This document shows positions 25,198 through 36,300 of a stretch of 64,000 bases of DNA, in pieces. The stretch's first letter is position 1. Every line of letters starts with the position of its first letter. The translations under genes and the position numbers were made by a program. A model generated the notes under the pieces. The model saw nothing but the letters and a program-made list of their open reading frames with translations, did not search any database and was not told where the DNA came from. This DNA is from Bugula neritina (lineage: Eukaryota > Animalia > Bryozoa), in contig OZ037773.1 of assembly GCA_964035545.1 (NCBI GenBank), forward strand, positions 2,633,751-2,697,750. The letters are read 5' to 3'.

Positions 25198-28100
25198 ATG
25201 AATTATCTAACATTAGTAAGTCAACCCGCACTTTATAGTGTTTTTTCTTATATGAGTGTTACAAGTAAATTGGTATTAGTTTGCATATTCACATATGTAC
25301 TTTGACGTCTTATAGTGAACTGCAATTATTAGTGGATAAGTCAAATGTGAAAAACAATTGCCCCTAACGAGATTCAAACCACATACCTTAGGCCTGCAAG
25401 CACTCATGTTCAACTATTACACCACAGGGGCTGCTGGGTTAACTCAACACTAGAATTTTGTATCTAATTTGATATACATGATGCAATTTTGGCGATGAAA
25501 ACATTTGACTGTTAAAACAAAGCATGGAAAAATTATTATGCCACTAATGTTTAAGTATAATGTCTACTTTATATACTTTATCATCGTGTATATTTTGTAG
25601 AGCTGTCTGTTACTTTTGCTGAACACAGTGAGGGAAATATGTTCACAGCGGCAAGTATTCACAAAGAAGGTCAATGAGTGAGTATACTTATATCTGTAAA
25701 TCAGTAGATCAGTGATTACTGTTACAAAAAAAGTCAGTATTGCTCATCCTGTGTTATCCAACAACTAGCTTCTATCGTTTGCCAAATCAAATGTTGAAAT
25801 GCCTACATGATTATGAGCAAATTGACGCTGGTAATTTAAATATAGAAACTAAGCACTCTACTTAGTGAATTGCTAGACGCAGCACCTGTTTGGTGGTCAC
25901 TGTGTGCAGTAGTTTGAGGTTTGAAGTTGGAAGCTTAGAGCTCTAACCTAAATCCTCAACTTCAACATGAAAACCTCCTTCCCCCAAACTAATGTACTCA
26001 GTGACTGCAGATTCTGTGCTGCGTCTAGCTTCTATTATCTCACTGTGCATTTCTATTAAAGACATAGAGAGCACACTGCATGTAGATGTGAGTTTAATGA
26101 CTTCTCTCCTCTAAATGATATATTCAAAAAGGTGATGTTGCTGAATTTTGTAGCCTGAACTTCCTGAACTTAGAGCCCTACTTACCGTTCAGTGGTATAA
26201 AAATTGTGTCCATACAGCGCGATGTTAACAATCCTACTCAGTCACTAGTAGCAGACCAAATCTCTATAAGTAATGTAGACTTTCAAACCGACTACCGGAA
26301 TATTCTGTATGGAACCAGAGGACTTCCTTCAATTAATGTTGACGGCCCTAAAGAGGCGGCCAAATTTTTAGATATTGTTGAGGTACTCCAACCTGACAGG
26401 AAAACATTATATGTGGTGCAGAGGTTTTGCGTCAGGTTGATTAACAGGACAACTTCTATCACTGAAACAATTACGGGAAATTGCAATCAACTAGGCCTGG
26501 AAACTGGAAGTTTATCTGAAGCTAGATTTACAGATATAGTTTCTGCTGTACTAATCAACAAGACAAAAATTGCAGTTCTTGAAGGTGGAGGAAACTTTTT
26601 GCAAATTATTAGCATTGAGGATGACAGGGTGGGAAAGTTTGCTTTTTACCAGAAGCCAACAACCATTATTGAAGAACCCTTAACTGGGATGTATTTAGTT
26701 TTTGATAATAATGGCATAGAAACATTGTCATTACAAAATTCTTCATTAGTGGCAAGCCTTACTAGCCGCAGTGGTCTTGCATACACCAATGACGGAGTTC
26801 TGAATGCATCTACGTTCACTTACATCAGTAATGCTTTTTACTTTGGAGATACTATTATAGCAGCAGACTTCAAAGACCATGTGATTCGAGTAATAGACAC
26901 AGTAAGCAATACAGTTAGTTCCATTTGTCAGCTGTCACCTCTTGCCACTTTAATTGATGATCTCCTTACCAAAGCTACAAGCATTTCAGAGTGCACCATA
27001 GCGTCTTTATATTCGGTTGGCATTTTTCCAGAACACAATTTCATTCTCCTAGGAGGTGAAAAAGGCCTCATCAAACTTCACATACGCATTAATGCCAAAA
27101 GTAAGTGTTCTATTCACTGTTTTTTTAAATAACCTGGCAACTTTTTTCATGCATTCAACAATCACATACAACATGATGCAACTTTTTAACGAAGTCAAAA
27201 TGTTTTTTGCTAGCAATTATTGTCACGTTGTTTGAAACATTTTTTTAGAGTAATATATTTTTGTGGCTTATTGACTAAAAGATAGGTTATTTATGAAAAA
27301 GTTTGATAACTGTAAAACACTGCACAGCACACATAGTTTAAATTTATCATGTTATAAAGACAGTGACAATTTTCTTATAATTCAAAATCAAGTTTTAAGG
27401 CTGAACAACTCAAAATGTTTGCCACATAATAGAGCGACTAAAACTATTTCAATGTTTGGATAATTGGTTTGTCATGGGCTGGGAAAATTTCAGCAGAAAA
27501 ATTATTAATATTGTTTACATACACATTTAAAGGAATACAACTATGAATAAATAATAAAAAGTAATAAATATGGCAGTCATTGGGTCTTATAATGACTAAT
27601 TTGTCTACATCATTTTGCATGTACATCATTTTTTGTATTTCTGCTGTTCGATTATTGCTATTTGGGATGCTAATTTTACTTTCAATAATTGCTTAGAAAT
27701 TATTTTAATATGCTTCTGCTAGCTAAACGAGTTGAACAGAAATATTTATCATTCCAGGCTGTGAAACTACTGAAGATTGTGTTAACTACTGTAAGTCAGG
27801 CATTGAGTGGGGCTGCAAAGACCTACCTGCATATCAACTCTGTTCACCTTCTTCTCAAAAATGTTTTTACAAGTGTGTTTGTTAAAATTTTATACTATAT
27901 TTATTTAATTGGCAATTTTCTTTTATTGAGACAGTACGAAATTCAAGGTGTACACATTGTAAAGTTGTAATTAGCCAGTAGTCCTGGTGTAATAGGCAGC
28001 GGTCTGCTTGCAAGCCGGAGGTCGCAGGTTCGAATCCCAGGGAGTCAATTATTTTATATACATTCGAATGAAAAGCAACCAGTAATGCATGAAATAGCCT

Positions 28101-29644
28101 AATTTTAAATACCTCACTGGACTAAAGTTTTGCAACAAGTTTTACAGCTAAATGGTATTAAATCAATAACTTATGAAGGCTTAAATAGTCCTGCAGCTTT
28201 TGGGAGAACCCCTGGTAGAAAGAAGTTCTGTAGGCTAGCTAATGACTTGTTTTTTGTTGTGGCAAAAAAGCAGTTATGAGTTATGACCAAATGACCTGCC
28301 TAAGCCTAGGGCCACACTGTGCGTATTTTCGCATGCGAAAATTGAAACCACAGGTAGCAAAGGTGTCCACTGTAGCATCAGTGAGATCAGAAAACTACTA
28401 GCTAACAATATTTGCATTTAACTTTACTGCTCACCTTGTTGCTATGGCTACAAGTGCGAGATAAATGAAGTTTTCATTTGTAAATCGAACTCACTTTCAA
28501 TAAAACGCAATTTAATTAGTAGAATGTAGCACTAAAATAAAAGAATTGGGCTCACTAAATAACTACCAGCCAATTAGGTGACGACGACAGAGACGATTCG
28601 CACTTGCGTTGAAAATGCTGAGCCACAAGTGCGAATGTTTTCTCAACGCATACAGTGGACACCTTTGCTACTTGTGGTTTCAATTTTTGCATGCGAAAAT
28701 ACGCACAGTGTGGCTCTAGGCTAAGACATTGCTCTAACCAATGTGGCCCTAATTTCTAAAATAATATACTTATTATAATAAAAGCTTAAACTTCATCTTT
28801 TGATAATAATACAAAACTAACATTCCAATGTTCAAATCTACAGAATCAGTTGGTAATGAGTATTTCGGTTTGACAAAAAAAATTACTCAATTCTATAGCT
28901 TATTGTAGAAAAATATGCAGTAGTGTTTTTTTCTGTTTAAAAGTTAAAATTCTAGTTGTTCAGCTTTTTCTAGCTGCTTTCAAAATTTGAAAAAAATTAT
29001 AGTAACCAGTTATAATGTGAAAAGAATAAATTTCCAGATGTGAAGACGACGCTCTTCTTAATAATGCTACGTGTCCAACAGATTACGACTGTGTAAAAAC
29101 TGAAAGTGGTGACAGAAGTATAGCTATTTGTGAAAGTTCTGCCAACCCAACACTTATAGGTACATATGCTATATATACAGCAGAGTTCAATGGCTACATT
29201 ATAATATAGGACTGCTGACATCGACACATTTATAGTATTGTACTAAAGTATTTGCAATAATAATTAGAAACTGTATATTATAGCTGCAAGTACTACAGCA
29301 GCAAAGTAATAAAACTACAACATCTATATGATATAATATAATATAATATAATAAAATGTAATGCATGTAATGTAATATAATTTAATGTAGTGTAATATAA
29401 TCTAATGTAATGTAATGTAATCTAACGTAATATAATGTAATATAATATAATGTAATATAATATAATGTAATATAATATAATATATTAGTAAAACTAAAAT
29501 TATTATAATGTAATTGTAGCAACACTGAAATGTATTTGTAATAGTAGTATTAGAAAACGTTATAATATAATAATAAACAATAATTAAAACATAAGTATCA
29601 CTTCAACTGTTTTATTAGTATTAGATTGCAAGTGTATGCATTAG
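25198..29644 (+). CDS. Gene A: signal peptide + NHL-like beta-propeller + Cys-rich modules (uncharacterised extracellular protein)
   Basis: Exons: 25198-25215 (MNYLTL), 25601-25650 (SCLLLLLNTVREICSQR, GC donor), 26154-27100 (propeller; DGPKEAAKF, NDGVLNASTF, DHVIRVID), 27758-27872 (CETTEDCVNYCKSGIEWGC..C..C), 29038-29159 (CEDD..CPTDYDCV..IC), probable last exon 29625-29644. Phases are consistent and the exon structure matches paralogues B, C and D. Confidence 0.8.
25357..25437 (-). mobile_element. tRNA(Ala)-derived SINE head, family 1
   Basis: Minus strand GTGGTGTAATAG..GCTTGCAGGC..GGTTTGAATC; degenerate and dispersed. Confidence 0.6.
27978..28052 (+). mobile_element. tRNA(Ala)-derived SINE head, family 1
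   Basis: A box TGGTGTAATAGG, anticodon-like loop CTTGCAAG, B box GGTTCGAATCC. At least 7 diverged copies occur in the window and the acceptor stem is not intact. Confidence 0.7.
28304..28721. mobile_element. PIF/Harbinger-type (Tourist-like) MITE, copy 1
   Basis: ~60-bp TIRs starting GCCTAGGGCCACACTGTGCG, with TAA target-site duplication (28301-28303 / 28722-28724). Confidence 0.9.
29327..29520. repeat. (ATATA/ATGTA)n pentanucleotide repeat
   Basis: Directly visible. Confidence 0.8.
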
Positions 29645-30117
29645 AGCTACTGGCTAGTACAAGGATCAGGGTACTTAGCTAGCCTAATGCTAGTGATATG
29701 TTTAATCAGTGCAATAGGCTACTTTTATTTTTAAAAATATACATTAGTGAAAGCAGTGAGGAAAACTGTCATATTTCCTGTCACAAAGTTGGTTCATTTA
29801 TAAGTATGTGGTGTCTGATAATATTGAGATGTATTTATATGCCAGAATTAGAGATGAGATGTATGTGTTGAGTTGTGTGGTTTATAAGAACTTTATTGTT
29901 GAACTGAACTTTGCGATTAAAGCATCTGCCTCTATATTAAATTGATATAGTCTAGAAAAATTGATCACATTCCACACTGTGTATGAATAATGTGAAATTC
30001 ATAACACTATTAATATACTACAATATAAAGTGACTCAGTATAGTATGTAAACAAATATTGCGCCATAATAGGCTGTCATAGTTTTGCATACCATACTTGT
30101 AATATGTTTTAAGTTTA

Positions 30118-30802
30118 GACTAACAAAAGAATATGATATATAGTATAATATTATCTATAATAGTTCAGAAAGTAAAATTTTTAACATTTTCCAATGCAGT
30201 AACTTTTTATTGTAGAAGTTTCTAATGAAGATTCAGCCTCAGCTCAGTTTGTCTTATCTAAGGCTTTATTGACACTACCCGCCTTACTGCTGGTTCATTT
30301 TCTAGCTGGGAAAGACTTCTATTTTCTGTAAATAACAATTATAGACAGCAACTAACCAGATGCATTGATAAAATATATGTCTTGCATTTTATTACTTAGT
30401 AAAGCTTTCAAATCAAGTTCAAAAGAAATTCAACAGGGTATATAATAGATTTTAAAATTTAAACAACTGGTTGTATAGAGATTTATGATTTTTGTGTGCA
30501 TGTTCATGTTTTAGCTTTTGATTCTTGTCCTTAAAATTTTAGTAAGAAAATTTTGTGTTGACCCTCTTTTGTTTAAAAATAAACAGGAATAATCATATGC
30601 ATGCATGCATTTGTTTGGTAATTGTGCTAACAGCGGTCTACACCCTACACTACTGGAGAATAATTTATTAAACCTCATGCAGCATGTATACCTGTACTGC
30701 TATAAGAATAACAAACAGATAACTCAGCACACAATGATGGTTTATATATAATAATGCAAAGCTATAGGTATAACATAGTAAAAGTGCAATCAAAATATTT
30801 CG
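30118..30802 (+). repeat. Duplicated non-coding block, copy 2 (upstream of gene B)
   Basis: Colinear with 23258-23945. Confidence 0.85.
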
Positions 30803-31245
30803 GAAGAAATTTGAGATAACCAAATCAATTTTTACAACTGCTGCCTTATTATTAGTTATATGATCAAATAATTCAATATAATATAATATATTATAATACA
30901 ATGATGTGATTAAATAAATGATAAAAATTATATAGGATTAAATAATGTAATCAAATCAAAATATTTTTTTTGTTTTAATTAGTAAATTTTGATTTAAATG
31001 TTTAAATATAATTCTACTTTTATTAGGTTTATTTTCAGCAAGCATCATGTACCAATGGTCTTTGTCGAGCTCCATCAGCTCATGACTTTGTGCTCACTAC
31101 AAAAAATTTTGCTTTAACCCCTAGAACACAGCTTTTCTCTGTTTTATTGCATATTGTAAAGATTTGGTATTATTCTCTCACTTTGTTAGTTTTATATCGA
31201 AAGGATAACTCTGCACCTGATCGAAACATGATGCATTAAGCATCA

Positions 31246-31896
<651 letters not shown>

Positions 31897-32063
31897 AATT
31901 TTTGTTTGTGGATATCCACATGCAGCATGCTTGATTTTATACTAAATGTGGAGTTAGTTATTCATACATTGCATATTTAAAATTCTGCAAATGATCCTAA
32001 ATATTTTACAAAATCTCCCAATGTCAGTGGTTGAACCAAAATTGGCTGTTATCAGGCGATATT

Positions 32064-35000
32064 ATGAATCAATACTCCTTAGTAAGTATAACATAGCATA
32101 ATTATACAATTAATATGGTCATACAGCAAACTATTACAGTGAATAGTATAATATGAAAAACTATTGAAACAAATTGAAACAAAAACAAATGTCACAAACA
32201 TAATCATCATTTACTCAATTTTTAAAGCTTGCAAAAGAATCATAAAAACAATTGTTTCGAATTTTTTTTTAAAAGAATGAAATCGATTTTTTTAACTCGG
32301 TTTCTTTCTATAAACCAAATGTTAATTATTAACTTCTTGAATGCACATCTCTTTCTTATCAAGCTAAAGTTCAGCTGAAACTTCTTTCCCTCCCTTAAGA
32401 TCTCAAGGTGAAGGTTATAATAAAATATTCTAATGTTTTATAGGTGCTTCTTCTGCTCTGGTTGAATGCAGTGAGTGTGTTTTCACAACGACAAATATTT
32501 AAAACGCAAGTTGGCAAGTACGCTTCTTAAGCTATTACGATTGATAACTATAACTTACCATTTGTTACTAAACGCTCGCAAGTTATTGACAATATTAGAA
32601 AAAACCGCATTTCTTCATGCAACTTGTATGGTTAATGTTAATGTTAAATTTAATGTTTATATAAAGCTCACAAGTTATGAGTTGATAATTCAACAAAAGT
32701 TATTGATAGATGTGACCAGAGCATTATTGGATTCTTTTTCAATGTTTCATAAGTTAGTTTTTTAAAGAGTAGGTAAATTTACCCTTAAAAAACTAACTTA
32801 CGAAACAATTGAAAATAGAAGATTTGAAGTAGTTTGTATTTTTGTGAACGCAGATGAAAATTTATATTCTAAGCTGCAACAACACTAGTCCCAGAAAGTA
32901 GGCTATGTGATGTCACAATTTTTAACAAATGTACAAATTTGAGAAGCAAGCACTGATAGCTATGAAACCTTTAAATGTTTTAAAAAGCCAACGTATAATG
33001 CTGTAATAAATATTATGCTGCTTGCATGTTTTAGTTTGCATTTCCACCATTTTGAGTCTTACTTAAAACTGACTTCCTCCAAAATTGTCTCGATACAGCG
33101 CGATACTTACAGTCAAGGTTTGCTGCTAGTCGCAGATCAAAGTGCTATCAGGAACGTCAATCTAACCACACACAGAAGCACTCTTTTGTATGGAACCGCG
33201 CAACTACCTGCAACCAGTGTTGATGGCTCAACCGATACAGCACGGTTCACACACATTGTTGACATGCTGCAGCCAACAAAGAAAAAGCTGTATGTGGTAC
33301 AAGAATCTTGTCTAAGGATCATAAACAGGGAAAGTTCAACAGTTGGCACACTTACAGGCAATTGCAATGAAGCTGGATCAACTATTGGAAGCTTAGTAAA
33401 TGCAGCTTATAAAGACATTGTTTCTGCTGTGCTTATGACAGAAACAAAAATTGTGATTGCAGAAAGAAATGCGGCCAGTCGTCTTTTACTTATAAATTTG
33501 GTGACTGAGAGTGTTGAGCTATTTGCCCTCGTTGACAAAATGACAAATATATTTCTAGATCCAGATCTTAAGACTCTTCTAGTCTTTAACGAACATGGCT
33601 TTAGAAACTTTCTTTTAACATCAACGCCACCTTCGGCAATGTTCATAGGGCGTAATGGATACTTGCACGCCAATGATGGAGTGCTTGCAGACGCTTCCTT
33701 TAATTATGTCACTGATGCTTTTTATTTTGATGACATCATTATAGCAATAGATGCTAAGGATCATGTGTTGCGGGCGTTTGATACAACTGCTAATACCGTC
33801 AGTTCGATATGTGAAGCCACGCCTCTCGGGACACAAAAGGAGGACTTAGTGACTCAACCTTACAGCCTTTCTGAGTGCAACTTAAATGAGATTTACTCAG
33901 CCACAATATTGCCAGAGCATGGACTTATTGTTCTAGGAAATGAATTTGGTAGTCTCATAAAACTTCACGTATCAGCTACTAGAAAAAGTAAGCTTGCAAC
34001 TATTACATGCACCAAGCAACAAATCTCATTAAGAGAAACTTGAACGTTTGTTTTGTCCTTAGTTGTTAACTGATAGAATTACCAGAAAGGTTTTCAGCAG
34101 TTTTTGCAGTGTTGCCTAATTGATTTTTTTTCTTTTTAAAGCCGGTTTTTAAGTTTTAAAAGCACAGCTGTAAAATCTAAAGCACCACAAATCAACAAAG
34201 CTGTTCAGAACCTGCTTTTGGTTAGCTTACAGTACTTCTGTTATTAATGCACTTTCTAGAATGTATCAGATGAAGCTGTCTAAATACAGTTATTTATAAT
34301 TCAGTTACAAAATCTTGTTTTACAGATTGCACAGCTGATGATCAATGTGTCAGTAATTGCAGACACGGAACAGAACTAAGCTGCCAATCCGAGACAGGTC
34401 AGGGATATTGTGACCTTGAAAGTCAGCAATGCTTACTTAGGTACGTGTGGTATAGTGATATGTAGGCTTGCTATAAGCTTGCTATAAGCTTGCTATAAGC
34501 TTGCTATAAGCTTGCTATAAGCTTGCTATAAGCTTGCTATAAGCTTGCTATAAGCTTGCTACGGACTATCTATAAACCACATATGTAACAATTTTTTGTT
34601 GGGGCATTCCGAAAAAAATCGCAAGCTTTTTTGCCTTATGCGGCCTGTAAACAACAAGCACACATTGCTACAGCTATCACTGAAATAATTTTATAACAAT
34701 GTTAGCTTTCCTATGCTTTTTTTGTTATATATGGCACGGGCATATGTACAGATATTTTTGCTGCAACAAAAATCCAACTTAGAAATTATTATATCTAAAC
34801 CCAACCCACCATGTCATCCATTCATTTAGTCATTGATGGTCTATACATATATTAAAAGACAATATTCTTCTTACTATTTTGTTTTCCAATTGCAGATGTC
34901 ATGAAAAAAACAGACAATGCCCAAATAAGTACACTTGTGTACAACTAGAGACTAAGAGTTTATGGGTGTGCAAGACAGCCACTATATCATGTGAGTAGTT

Positions 35001-35378
35001 AGACAAAACTGGTTGATGTGACAGCAAATAAAATTCATTTAGTATAATTTGAGGAATAAAACATTTTGTTATGTAAATTAGCTTTTTTTCATGTTACTTG
35101 TAAGTAAACATAACGTTTTATTTGCTAATTTAGAGCCTCACAGCAAAGCAAACAATACTTGTAACTTACAATTTTTAAAACTTATTTTGAAAAGTTTATT
35201 TGTTCACTCTTACAAGTTGTAAGAGTGAACAAAAATATTTTGCAAAATAACTTTTAAAAGTTTGAATTTATTTCTAGCAACAATTGGTTTGAGCTATTAG
35301 AATACTAAAAACTGTGGCAGACACTAAATTAACTCTCCTGAAACATTTTGCTTCTCATTTTTTTTTGACCTTATAGAA
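32064..35378 (+). CDS. Gene B: secreted paralogue (signal peptide + NHL-like propeller + Cys-rich modules)
   Basis: Exons: 32064-32081 (MNQYSL), 32444-~32490 (VLLLLWLNAVSVFSQR; homologous donor mutated), 33035-33987 (propeller; VDGSTDTARF, NDGVLADASF, DHVLRAFD), 34326-34440 (CTADDQCVSNCRHGTELSC..C..C), 34896-34990 (CHEKNRQCPNKYTCV..VC). The stop T|AA forms across the junction to 35377. Confidence 0.75.
34466..34561. repeat. 11-bp tandem repeat (GCTTGCTATAA)n
   Basis: About 9 perfect copies just after a gene B donor. Confidence 0.92.
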
Positions 35379-36300
35379 TAACCCAACACCGTGTAGTGTA
35401 ATTGAGTACATAGTACGATACTTTAATGTATCATAATAGATTATGGCATACTATTATAGCATGGGCTAATAATATGATACATCTATTCTGTATAAATCAT
35501 AAGATTTTTATCATGGTTTAACAAAAGCCAGTATTTAAATACTATGCAAATCTGTCATATATGTAGAAAGTGCTATGACATACTATAACACACATTAATT
35601 ACCAAAGACATGACTTTAGTCAACTTCCTAGCTTCAATGACTTGGTACAAAGACGTCGAACGGTGCTGAGTCTAATGCTACTATTGTAGACGCCTCATGT
35701 GGTAACTGCTGGAGAATTTCTCTGATGTTCTTAAGTATTGTACTAGTACTACACCAGGCTGTCTGGGACTCTATATACACCCAATATTGATATTTTGTTA
35801 TCAACATATATGTGTTTGTATAGCTTGCAGAAACTAAAAAAGTATATAATATTATTATTGTTTTAAAATATTACTTTTAAATCTCGCCAAAATATAAAGG
35901 TTGTAAAATGGGTTTTTCGTAGATTTATATAGTTGTTTATTTAAGCAGTTTAGATATATAGCAACAATCAACACAAGTACATGTAGCTTAAAGCATTAAC
36001 ATTATGATTACACTTTCTGCGGGTAGATGGTAGCACAACTCAAAAGCTTCTTAATTTAAAAGGATAAAAAATAAAATACTTTCTTGCACATTGTGTGAAA
36101 TGCCACAAAAACTCTTAGCCGAACTATATAATATCTACAACATATATGCAACAATAAATTGAAAACACGAAAAACATTGAGAACCAAATCAAATATCAAA
36201 AGATGGCTTCTTTTCACAAACTTGGTAAGCTTTTTGCTAGCTGTTCAAAGATTGAGTTCATTACATCATTTAGTCAGAATCATAGTAGGCTTACATGGTG

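Noticed and set aside
27978-28052. Possible functional tRNA-Ala genes
   Set aside because: Copies are mutually diverged with broken stems and indels, so they are treated as SINE heads or pseudogenes.
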